From Tubiluchus corallicola (Eukaryota; Animalia; Priapulida): DNA of 64,000 nucleotides. How positions within the stretch are numbered: position 1 is the stretch's first letter; each line of letters opens with the position of its first letter. Location: the NCBI GenBank assembly GCA_030141605.1, contig JAQGDQ010002392.1:65946-129945 (forward strand). Direction: 5' to 3'. The position numbers and the translations under genes are program-made. Of this stretch, positions 21,701 to 32,830 are shown in pieces. Below the pieces are notes generated by a model, which was given only the letters and a program-made list of their open reading frames with translations, ran no database searches and had not been told where the DNA came from.

Positions 21701-24700
21701 ATATCACTTACATTCGTCGTAGAAGCATTCATATCCTGAAAATTTCCTTTTCCAGTATGAATAGACCATTTACCAGTTTCATCTGGCTTTATAGGTTCTG
21801 CTTCTATTAAAGCATTGTCTTTACATATAAAAAACGGATTGTTATTTTTTATTTCAGCAGGTGTTGGTAGCTTATTTATTACAAGAACACTATCATAACT
21901 AACACAACTACCGTCTTGAATAGACCAACGCACAATATTTGTATCCTGATCTAGGTCAGAAATTCTAGTAGTAGGACTTTGGGAATTGCTAAATATTCCA
22001 TTTCCCTTCGTAAAGTTCCAAATGCCTGTTATATTTGTTCCGCCATTGTTATTAGGAACAGAAGTAGCACTCAACACAGTATCCTCCTTGCAAAGCCATA
22101 AAATATCTTTACCTGCACTTGTATTACTATGTAGTGCATTATAAATATTTATAGTATCACTAGCGGAACAACCTTTATCAGTAGTTACTTTCCACTCCAA
22201 AAGATTGCCAGTTTCCTCCTGTAAGCCAGTTACCAAAGCATCTGGTTTGTTTATATCTGTAGGAGCAATAACACCCGTTCCTGTAAGCACTCTCCATTGA
22301 CCCGTATCAGTAACAACTTGCAAAACTGCTGCTAATCTTAGAGAATCTGCACAAACAATTTCATTTCCTCCTGAGATAACTTGAGGCAAAGGATTTACAT
22401 TTATACTTCTAGTAGCAGAGTTTATACAGCCCGTTACATTATCCGTGTATCTATAAAATACATCAAATCCTCCTTGTGCTTGATTGTCAAACACTGCTTT
22501 TCCTGTTCCATCATCAGGAATAAAATAATTATAAGTAGAGGTAAACGTTCCTCCATTAGGACTTCCTGTTATAGATATTGGAGCATCCCCAAGGCAAGAA
22601 GAAGACGGCAAATTAAAAGAAACTATAGGCAAAGTATTAACTATAACCCACTTAGAAACAGTATCAGCACATCCGAAAACGTCTTCATACCCATAAGTAA
22701 TAATATTATTTCCTACTTTGTTGGGGGAGAATGTTGCACTTGTCGCATCTATAGGAGTTATTCCATCTCCCGAAAATTGCCCAATACTAACAGCAGGAGA
22801 AGATGAAGCCGTTATTACAACATCTTGTTCGCCCTGACAAAAATCACTTTTTAAATTCAATATGGTTACTGTTGGCGGTTTTTTGACAATTATCGTCAAT
22901 GTATCTTTAGAATCACAGCCAAATTCGTCTTTAATTTCCGCTATTACCTGATAGGTGCCATCCCTTGGAGGTGTAAATCGGATTGTATCTTTATCCCTTT
23001 CATTTGGCAAAGTTGTCGTAGAAGACCAGAAATATTCGAATGAAGAACTATTTCCAGTGGGAGATGACACAGTTAATAATAAATCTTGACAGACTCCCAT
23101 ACTTGTAGTATCTATATCTATACCTCTTACTGTTATTACAGCAATAGGCGATGGTTCTACATCAACGCTAACATTATCTGATGAGGTACAACCATACACA
23201 TCTTCTACTTCAAGCGTAACAGAATAAACGCCCGGAGATTGAGCCTCAAACACAGGAACAGCCGAAGAACCACTACTTAGGTTATCTGTGGGGACCCACG
23301 AATAAGAGGCTATCCCCCCTGCTCCTCCTGTACTATTGTATCCATTCAATGTTACTTGTTGGCACAAGCCTATAGTAGTATCTTTCTCTGCCACAGCCAC
23401 TGGCTCTACGTCCACAAAAATAGCAACGCTATCTGTATCACGACAATCATATTCATCCCTTAGTTCCAGCTGGTACTTGTACGTAGTATTGGCTGTTAAT
23501 GCACTTGCATTAATGTTTACTTTTTCACCTTGATTTGAAGATAAGCCATTTGCTGGCGACCACGTATAAGATGGAGGATTGCTACCACCTGCCACAGAAC
23601 CAGATGCATCTAATGTATCGTTACTACAAGAACCAATAGTCATATCTCTTCCTGCATCTGCCACAGGAGAACGAGCTACAGATATTAACACGTCCCCAGA
23701 ACTCACACAACCATAATCATCTGTAGCAGTGAGCGTAAGTGTAGTTTTTGAATTATCCTGAGTAGGTGTAAATATAGCCCGCTCATCGTCGGCATTTGTC
23801 AAATTACTTTGGTCATGCGGCAAAGAAGCAGTCCAGTTCACAGTATAGTTCAAGATAGAAGAAACATCAGGATTTAGTTGTAGATCTTCGCAAATACCCA
23901 TATCTGTATCAATATTTCCCTTAGCATCTACTTCTGGGCGATTTACAATAGTTATTTTAAAAAAACTACTATCAGCTTCGCCAAGGTTATCTACCACGGT
24001 AAGCTTGTATCGTATAGTTGTATCTTGTCGGTTATTAAAAACAACCTGATCCGGAAAAAACTCTGATCCGGAACCTGATGGAATCATATAATTAGTAGGG
24101 TACCAAAAATAAGACACAATATTTCCTTGAGAACCAGAGGCATCTAAATAAAATGAAGGGCTACAAGTTCCAACAGTAGTATCATTAAACTGAAAAGCTA
24201 CAGGGGGATCAGGATTAATGGTTATGACCACGGTATCACTATCAGCACAATTATACATATCTTTTACTTCCAAATAAAATTCATATGGACCAGTAATTCC
24301 TTGGACGGGCGAAAATTTAGCCTGTGCACCATTAGTTGGACCTATAAATTGTCCTTGCGTTGTTGGACTTTGCTGCCATTGAAATGTCAGGTTTTCTCCT
24401 GTAGAAAGTCCTCCGTCTAAATCTATCTGAGAAGAGCTACTTGGAATAAAATCGTCTGCACCTGCGTCAGCATTAGGAGCACTTCCCGCTACAACAAATA
24501 ATTGGTCAGAAGCAAAGCAGCCTGTAGTGCTGTTTGTTCCTGTTAATGTGTATAAAGTAGAATTTCCCCCAGCTAAAAACATAGGCTCTTGAATATTGGG
24601 GTCTGACAAATTAGTAGTAGGAAACCACGACCATACATCAATATCATTAGACGCTTGTTGCGTTGTTAATTGCACATCCGAGCAAGAACCAGCACCTATA

Positions 24701-27700
24701 GTATCAGGATTAAAAACTATATTTGGTAATTGATTTATGATTATGTCTTTTGTTGTGTCATTCTGACAGCCATTATTATCTGTAAATGAATATGTTATTT
24801 GGTATGTTCCTGGATGAATTATATCTAAGTAAATAAATGCGGTACCATTACCGTTATCATCAAAAGAGCCAGGTGAAGGGGTTGGGGTTATAGCAAAAGA
24901 AGTACCTAAAGCAGCAAGAGGCTGTCCTAATAACTTCACAGTATCAGGAAAGGCTGTAGCACAAAACTCCCATAAATTACTTTGCGTTAAAAAATCAACA
25001 GAAGGTAAAGGTTCTACTTTTACTGTTTTAGTTTCTTGGTTTGTACAATTTGTTAACCCATCTGTTACCTCATAAGTCACTCCCAATGCTTGCCCCAGTT
25101 TATCGTCAGGAACGTTCTCAGGATAAAAAACTGATCCTATTACTCCTTCTCCACTAAAACTACCAGTAACGTTACCAGTAGGCTGCAATGGAATTTGACC
25201 ATTATTCGTGCAAATGTTCAACAACTCAGCATCTGTCAAAGTATCAGGAGGATTATGTACATCCATAAATTGAAAATGGGCATCAGGCGATCTTCTTACT
25301 GATGTTTGCTGTTCTTCGCTATTCGTACATCCTATAATATCTGTAAACGTATAAGTAATCTTTACAGTAGTGTCGGATTTATCTTCGAGGTCCACTTTTT
25401 TAGGGTCGAAAAACCCTCCGTTAATCCCTCCTGGTATAGGAGGGTCGGACGTAAAAGCCCCTCCCACATTACTAGGAATAAGAGTATCTACATCTGCAGT
25501 AGAACAATAATTACCCTTTAAGCCAGAAAAACTTGCATCTGGCAAATCGTGTACAACTACTTCGAGAGTGTCGTATTCAAAGCAATTAGTCTGTGTTCCA
25601 TTTATATCCAATTGATATTGATAGGTACACGTTATCTCATATATACCATCTATTAGTGGCTGAAATTCTGATTCTATAAAACCATTCACATAGAAAGTAA
25701 CAGTTCCAGGACTTCCATCTTGATTGGATGTCAGAACAACTGAATTAGCAGGATCATTACTCACACAATAATCATCCAAAAGACCTGTAATCTGTAAATC
25801 AACACCAACAGTAAAAGTAAAATTATCTTCTCTCAGACAGCCTGTTTGTGAATCGCTATAGTTAGCAAATAAGGTATAAGTTCCTTTATCTGCTATTGTT
25901 AAGTCAAAATATGCCGTATCCTCAGTAGCATTTACTGAAAAAGCAGGAGTAGGTGGTTGGATGGAAATATCTGCATATTCATATTGATCTGGCTGTGGAA
26001 CCCCAAGCCGATTCTTTACTATTGCCTGAAACTCAAGCACTCCACTTGATGTATTACAAAAATTGCCACTTGCTGTATCGCCAGTAATAACAACATTGTT
26101 CAAAGCAGTGGCATCATATAATATAACGGAAAATGTATCTGATGCACTACATCCTATTTGATCCGTGAATACATAATATATATCGTAAGGTGTCCCTGCA
26201 TTACTTTCACCTTTGTTAAGAGTAGCTGTGCCATCACCATGATCATCCAAGAGTCCGGGATCATCTGGATATACAGAGAATACTCCTGTCTCATTCTGTA
26301 CCTGCGGTTGAAGATCTGCTATAATATCTACTGTTCCATTTCTGTCGCAGTACAAAGGCTCCAAGCCATTAATCTGTGGGCGTTGAACTACGTTTACTGT
26401 AACCTCCACTGTTTTATCATTTACACAACCCGTAGCAGTGTTTGTTACCGTTACTGTATAAGGATAAGTCTGTGGCATTGGAGGAGAGATAGATACTTGT
26501 GTAGAATCAGTATTACTACCAGTTATATAATCCGTAGGAGACCAACTATATAAACAGCCTACATCCCTAGTAACGGTAAAAATTGCATCATCACCTTTAC
26601 ATATTGTTTCTCTCTCAGGGGATACTGAAAAGTTGGGTAGTTCGTATTCTTCTACCGCTATATTGAAAATATTTAAAAGATTATCAGTATTGTTGCTGGG
26701 TCCTCTTTTTACTATATAGTCCCCAGCTGTCAAATTCGTCCATTTTATGATATTTCCCGGGTCTCCAGGTAAAGGAGGTTGTCCTACTGGTGCATCATTA
26801 CTATAATACAAGTGATAGTCGTTGCCCGCAAGAGAGCCATCTATCTCTATCTCGCCAGTATTTTGTCCTTCACAAGTACCTTTTGAATCTATATTTTCAG
26901 TTGTAGGATCATTTACATATATCTCTATAGTTTGAGTAGATTCACAGCCCTCATCGCTTATTACTGTTACTTCATAAATATAAGGATCTGGACGAACAGC
27001 AAGTCCACTAATAAGCACCTTTGTTTTATTAGGAAGAAGATAACTAAGATTAGTAGTAGGCGACCAACTATAGGTATAATTAGACTCCACAGGACTAACA
27101 CTAACTTCAAATTCTTGCTCTCCACCAGCAATAATTATTACACTTGTACCAGGGGATACTACAATATTGGGGAGAGAATATCCATCAACCCGTATGTTGC
27201 CAACATGTCCAAGAACAAGATTCTCCACTGTATAATTATCCGCAGGTAAATCATCCCACCGTATATCGCCTCCATTTCCATCTAATGGAAGACCTATAGT
27301 CGAAGAGCCGTGCAATAACCGATATCGAAAACCATCGAAAGAATTTCGCACTATTACTGCCCCATTATTATCTCCCACACAAGTAGCTTCTGAATCTAAA
27401 GTTTCTTGTGGATATTCATTTACACTTAAAGACACAGCCCCAATAGACGTACAGCCCATATTCGGTTCTTCAATTTCCACCAAATAAGTATAAGGCGTAG
27501 GCGAGACAGGAGGTTTTATTTCAACCGTAGAATTATTTACTGGTGTTGTAATATAATCAGGAGGCGACCACAAATAAGTACAGTTAGTGCAATTATCAAC
27601 ACTAGCAGTAAATAATTGAGATTCTCCTCTCATAATAGTAGCACTTGCAGGATCTACAGTAAATGTTGGAAGAGGTGAATCGTTAATAGTTACAGGAGCA

Positions 27701-28035
27701 TCTATTGTACCTCCTATGTCATCTAATACTACGTACGTTCCTTCATCAAGATTATTCCAAATAATAGGATCTCCACTAGGACTAAGTTGCGGTCCCCCCA
27801 CATCATTACCATCTTTATTAAGCTGATAGGGTTTGGAAAAAATAGGATTGGTAAGAATAACCTTTCCTGTGTCTTGCCCTTCGCAATAATCTTCTGCAGA
27901 CACGCTCTCTTGTTGAGCTCGCACCTGAGTCATATGCACAAATAAAAAGAGTGGCAAAAAAAATACAATCTTCCTGTACATAAAAACTTTAAACGTAGAT
28001 ACAAAAAAATTCATATTCCTCAAATTAATTTCCAC
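15777..28035 (-). pseudogene. Giant (~4,085 codon) T9SS type-B CTD, PKD/Ig-like repeat surface protein, interrupted by one frameshift near 19655-19668 (ORFs 19618-28035 and 15777-19649)
   Basis: Signal peptide (MYRKIVFFLPLFLFVHMTQVRA-Q). Many Cys-paired beta repeats (DAGxDxxIC...GxW...NLxxGxNxFxW). Two PKD domains (WDFGDG, WEFGDG). C-terminal VFPNSFTPN...IYNRWG...GWDG...GVY. The repeat pattern continues across the frame change. Confidence 0.88.
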
Positions 28036-28447
28036 TGCTTACAATAGTATTAAAATATATTATAAGTATGCTTCAGTGTGTTTATCCTCCGATCCCAAAT
28101 TATATGTAAATATAAAGTATTATCTTGTATTTTACAACAAAAATATAATATTTTATAAAAATTTAGTCTTTTTTAACACGCTTAGCTTTCCTGCACATTT
28201 AGCTTTAAATAAAACGTACAAATATACGAAAATATTATTTTCAAATCTCAAATTATTTCGTTTATTTTTCAATATTTTTTGAAAAACAGCAAAAAAACAA
28301 ACCAGCCCTATTTCATTCTAATATAGTTTAAATTCTATATCTATTTGAAAAATGCATTTCTCTCATCTACACTTACTATATATAATAGGCAATTATATGT
28401 TTTTTGGGTAATGTATTCAATTGGCAGAAAATAACACACAATGTTAG

Positions 28448-28524
28448 TGCCATTTCTAAATTTTGCTGTTGCAAAATTTAGAAATCTCAAAGTACATAAA
28501 GTTACCTGTTTTGCAGGTATGACA
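28448..28524. repeat. Degenerate double-hairpin palindromic element (GTCAT-ended, REP/RPE-like)
   Basis: Perfect 15-bp inverted repeat ATTTCTAAATTTTGC-tgtt-GCAAAATTTAGAAAT (28452-28485), a second hairpin TACCTG...CAGGTA (28503-28519), and near-complementary termini TGCCAT...ATGACA. Confidence 0.55.
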
Positions 28525-28687
28525 TGCTGCTTATTATTAGCTCCTAGCACATTACCACTGCCTTTCCCCTATGTTCTTTGACTTGATACTTTTTTTTCCT
28601 TTACTTATTATATTTTATTCTCAAGTGGTATAAGTAAGCTCGCAAGTGCCTTTGAAGATAAAGTTGGCGAGCAAAAAATAAAACCTC

Positions 28688-28773
28688 TAAATGCTTTTGA
28701 TGAAAAACTATGCTGTCGGCTTCTTCATCTCCTCAAAACTCGCCTTTTGCTTGTTTTCTCTCAAAACCATCTA
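28688..28773. repeat. Miniature inverted-repeat element carrying a core shared with 36479-36531
   Basis: Termini TAAATGCTTTTGA / TCAAAACCATCTA (11/13 complementary). Core 28700-28750 matches 36479-36531 in inverted orientation at about 45/53 positions. Confidence 0.65.
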
Positions 28774-28854
28774 AGAGCGGTCTTTCTGTTTCGTAGAATT
28801 TTTAATTTTTAATTCAAAAAAATGATATCTAAGTCTTGCATTCCCTGCCCCTAT

Positions 28855-30075
28855 TTAAGAAGCCCGAAGCCTTCTCAAACGTTCACCATCAATTTTGGAC
28901 TTGGCTAAATCTAAGGTAATATTTAGTTCTTTTGCTTTCCCCGAAGGCATCTCAAACATTGCATCCATCATAATAGTCTCACATATAGACCTTAAGCCTC
29001 TTGCCCCTAACTTAAACTCAATTGCCTTATCTACAATATAGTCTAACACTTTCTTATCGAAAGTAAGCTCTATGCCATCTATCTTAAACAACCTAATATA
29101 CTGCTTGACAATAGAATTTTTAGGCTCTGTAAGAATTTTATGCAGTGTGTCTCTATCCAAAGGATTTAGATAGGTAAGAATAGGTAACCTTCCAATAATT
29201 TCAGGAATCAAGCCATATGACTTTAAATCCTGCGGAGCTACATATTGAAGCAATTCTTTTTTATTGACATTACTATTCTTTTTTATAGAATTAAAACCAA
29301 CTACTTGCGTATTCATCCTTTGTGCTACCTTCTTCTCAATACCATCAAAAGCTCCTCCGCATATAAACAGTATATTTTTGGTATTAATAGGTATCATTTT
29401 TTGTTCAGGGTGTTTTCTTCCACCTTGTGGAGGTACATTCACTACCGACCCTTCCAAAAGTTTTAACATACCTTGCTGCACACCTTCGCCCGAAACATCT
29501 CGCGTTATAGAAGGGTTGTCGCTCTTACGAGCTATCTTGTCTATCTCATCGATAAACACAATGCCTCTTTGAGCAGCTTTCACATCGTAGTCGGCAGCTT
29601 GCAGCAAACGAGTAAGAATACTCTCAATATCCTCACCCACATACCCTGCCTCTGTAAGAACAGTTGCATCCACTATGGTAAATGGCACTTGCAACATACG
29701 GGCAATTGTCTTTGCCAACAAAGTTTTACCAGTTCCTGTTTCCCCTACTAATATAATATTAGACTTTTCAATTTCAACATCACTGTCCTTTGAATCATTA
29801 TTATCCTTCAATCTCTTATAATGATTATACACTGCTACCGAAAGATATTTTTTTGCCTCGTCCTGCCCTATTACATACAAATCGAGAAACTTTTTAATCT
29901 CCTGTGGTTTTAATAGTTGTAAAGTAGCGAAATCGAAATTATTTTTTAACTCCTTTTCGATTATCTCATTGGCTTGAACAATACAACTATCGCATATATG
30001 ACCTGATATACCTGCTATCAAAAGGTTGGTTTCTTTTTTAGGTCTCCCACAAAATGAACACTTATCCTTTTCCAT
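28855..30075 (-). CDS. clpX: ATP-dependent Clp protease ATP-binding subunit
   Basis: Zn finger CSFCG...CDSC, Walker [26 protein letters not shown]. Start placed at MEKDKC (30075). Confidence 0.97.
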   Translation of the reverse strand: MEKDKCSFCGRPKKETNLLIAGISGHICDSCIVQANEIIEKELKNNFDFATLQLLKPQEIKKFLDLYVIGQDEAKKYLSVAVYNHYKRLKDNNDSKDSDVEIEKSNIILVGETGTGKTLLAKTIARMLQVPFTIVDATVLTEAGYVGEDIESILTRLLQAADYDVKAAQRGIVFIDEIDKIARKSDNPSITRDVSGEGVQQGMLKLLEGSVVNVPPQGGRKHPEQKMIPINTKNILFICGGAFDGIEKKVAQRMNTQVVGFNSIKKNSNVNKKELLQYVAPQDLKSYGLIPEIIGRLPILTYLNPLDRDTLHKILTEPKNSIVKQYIRLFKIDGIELTFDKKVLDYIVDKAIEFKLGARGLRSICETIMMDAMFEMPSGKAKELNITLDLAKSKIDGERLRRLRAS

Positions 30076-30170
30076 TAGCAAAAATTTATGATAAAATATT
30101 AACAAAAAACGTAGTGTGTCTATTTACTTAACACTACTATAATTATAAAAAACGTAATTTTTAGAATATA

Positions 30171-30194
30171 ATTTTGCTGTTGAAACAGCAAAAT
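30171..30194. terminator. Hairpin between clpP and clpX (possible attenuator or processing stem)
   Basis: ATTTTGCTGT-tgaa-ACAGCAAAAT; weak U-tract. Confidence 0.35.
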
Positions 30195-30313
30195 ACTTAT
30201 TTAGCTTAATTTTTAATTCCTACAACCCGAAAATCATATGCTAAAAAGAGTATTTGTGCTATAAAGGATAATTACTTTATCAAATACATTGGAGCAGCTA
30301 ATATATAGTTTCC

Positions 30314-30991
30314 TTATTTCTTATCTCGTATTAGCACTTCATCTATCATACCATATTTCTTAGCTTGTTCTGCTGTCATCCAATAATCTCTGTCAGCATC
30401 TTTCTCTACTTCCTTAAAAGGTTTTCCTGAGTGATAAGAAATAATTTCATACAACTCCTTTTTTAGTTTTTGTATTTCCTTATGAGTAATTTCTATGTCC
30501 GAAGCCTGTCCTTGTATGCCTCCCATAGGTTGATGAATCATAACTCGCGAGTGTTTCAATGCCGAGCGTTTTCCCTTTTCTCCTGCACACAACAGTATAG
30601 CTCCCATAGAAGCGGCCATTCCTGTGCATATGGTAGCTACTTTCGAGCCTATATATTGTATTGTATCATAAATAGCCAAGCCAGCATACACAGAACCTCC
30701 CGGAGTATTGAAATATATTTGGATATCCTTGGATGGATCGGCTGACTCTAAAAACAACAATTGAGCTTGCACAATATTAGCTACATAATCATCTATTGGT
30801 AGTCCTAAAAATATAATTCGGTCCATCATCAGTCGTGAGAAAACATCCATACTTGCCACATTCAACTGACGCTCTTCTATGATAGTAGGCGAAATATAAT
30901 TATTATAAACAGACTTATATTGCTCTAAAGTTAGGCTATTGATGCCCTTATGCTTAGTAGCATACTTACGAAACTCCTCATTCATGTTCAT
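30314..30991 (-). CDS. clpP: ATP-dependent Clp protease proteolytic subunit
   Basis: DVFSRLMMDRIIFLG, GMAASMGA, MIHQPMGG, DRDYWM. Confidence 0.98.
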   Translation of the reverse strand: MNMNEEFRKYATKHKGINSLTLEQYKSVYNNYISPTIIEERQLNVASMDVFSRLMMDRIIFLGLPIDDYVANIVQAQLLFLESADPSKDIQIYFNTPGGSVYAGLAIYDTIQYIGSKVATICTGMAASMGAILLCAGEKGKRSALKHSRVMIHQPMGGIQGQASDIEITHKEIQKLKKELYEIISYHSGKPFKEVEKDADRDYWMTAEQAKKYGMIDEVLIRDKK

Positions 30992-31013
30992 AATGGTTGT
31001 GATTTTTAAAAGT

Positions 31014-32381
31014 TTATGATTTTCCTTTATTATCTTTCTCTATTATTTTCTTAAATTCTTCTACTGAAACCTTTTTATTTTTGATATTGGCTTCTTCCAA
31101 CACTACTTTTGTTAGTTTATCTATCAGTAGCGTATTTTGTATTCTTTCTACATTTTGTTTTTGTTGAAGCTGCATATCAACATAGCTATTTAGCTCTTCG
31201 TCTGTAATGGGTCTTTCATTTTTAAGGTTCTTGAAATAAGCCAATATCTCTTTTTTGGCTTCAGTTCTTATTTCAGCTTCTTCTATCTTTATCTGTTTTT
31301 CCTCTACTATTTTTTTAGTAATAAGTTCCCATTTTAAATTTTGCAGGTAATCAGGCAGTATCTTATCTATATCCTCTTCTGTATCCTTTTCTTTTTTCAT
31401 CAGCATCATTGAGCGTTTTATGAATGCCTCAGGTAATTGTATTTTCAAATTTTCATCAAAATCCTGACGCATATCAAACAACAACTTGTTATTTGCTGCG
31501 GTGATATTATCTTTTTCTATTTCTGCTTTTACTTTTTCTTCAAATTCTTCGGGGGTTTTTATTTCAACTTCAGGGAATATATGCTTATATAGTTTCTCTC
31601 CCAGCTCTTGTGGCATAAGTTTACTTACCTTTTTAATAGCAAACTGTATTTTACCTTCAAACTCCTCTACCTCTTCTTTTTTCATTCTGGTAATATACGC
31701 CAGTTCTTGTGCAGGTATTTTTTTAGGTTCTAAAATAATAATTTCCCCTTTGCCCTTAGCCAATAGCAACGAGCTTTCTTTTTCCAACCTTTTAGGCTCT
31801 ATTAAGGAGTTTTCTATTTGCTCTTTACCCTCAATAGGCTTGCTATCCTTATCCAAAAACACAACATTGCCATACACAAAATTGGTTTCTTCCTCTACCT
31901 TATCTATTTCCTTCAACTCGCCATTAGCTTTTTGGTATTGCTCCACCCTTTCCTTAACCAAGCTATCGTCTATTTTTATTTCGTAGTAGCTATACTTATT
32001 CTTCTTACTAAGCGGAAACTGCAAATCGGGTACCAGACCTATATTATAAGTAAAATTAAATTCTTCTTGTTTTTCGAAATCTATTTTCTCTTGTCCATCG
32101 TCGTCAGGAAGAGGTTGTCCAAACATACCTATCTTGTTGTCCTCTATATACTTAGGAATTCCATCAGAAACAAGTTTGTCTATCGCACGAGCTATAACAG
32201 AGGTACGATACATTTTATTAATCATTCCCATTGGTACTTTGCCCTGCCTAAAACCTTTAAGGCTTGCTTTTCTTTTTATATCTTTTAGTTCCTTCTCCAC
32301 ATTGCCTTCATAGTCTTCTTTTTTTATTAATACTTGTAGCTTAGCATTTACTTCATCTATATTGTTGAGGGTAATATCCAT
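31014..32381 (-). CDS. tig: Trigger factor
   Basis: Ribosome-binding signature KGFRQGKVP; 455 aa; upstream of clpP-clpX. Confidence 0.93.
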   Translation of the reverse strand: MDITLNNIDEVNAKLQVLIKKEDYEGNVEKELKDIKRKASLKGFRQGKVPMGMINKMYRTSVIARAIDKLVSDGIPKYIEDNKIGMFGQPLPDDDGQEKIDFEKQEEFNFTYNIGLVPDLQFPLSKKNKYSYYEIKIDDSLVKERVEQYQKANGELKEIDKVEEETNFVYGNVVFLDKDSKPIEGKEQIENSLIEPKRLEKESSLLLAKGKGEIIILEPKKIPAQELAYITRMKKEEVEEFEGKIQFAIKKVSKLMPQELGEKLYKHIFPEVEIKTPEEFEEKVKAEIEKDNITAANNKLLFDMRQDFDENLKIQLPEAFIKRSMMLMKKEKDTEEDIDKILPDYLQNLKWELITKKIVEEKQIKIEEAEIRTEAKKEILAYFKNLKNERPITDEELNSYVDMQLQQKQNVERIQNTLLIDKLTKVVLEEANIKNKKVSVEEFKKIIEKDNKGKS

Positions 32382-32830
32382 TTAAAAAGAAATTTTTGTA
32401 TATAATATAATTTGATGTTTGAAAAAATAAGAAAAAATGCAGATAAAGGAAACTCTCTCCCAATCGGCCTTGTAAATAAACTTTAATTATTTTCTTTTTT
32501 TATTCTTTTGATAAAATACCTGACCTTCTAAACAAAAAAATATTGTTCTGTAAAGTTTCTTAAATCTATTCCTGACAGATTAATTACTTCTTTCATTTCA
32601 TTTGCTATTACAAAGTAAATAAAAATATATCAAACTAAGATATTTTTTTTGAACTAATAAGCAGCCTAAGAACATTGATAAGCAATTAAAAAAGGCTAAA
32701 AACTTAGAAGAAACCATTTTGGAGGCAAGAGCCAAAAAGAAAAGTATTGAAAAAATAAGGCACTATATTTTTATAGTTGTCTTTTTGTTCCTATCTTTAT
32801 TCTTTAAACTTTATAAGCTTATTAAGAAAA

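Noticed and set aside
28076-28550. ORFs 28076-28282 (+) and 28341-28550 (-) as genes
   Set aside because: Non-ATG starts and low-complexity AT-rich translations; the second runs through the palindromic element.
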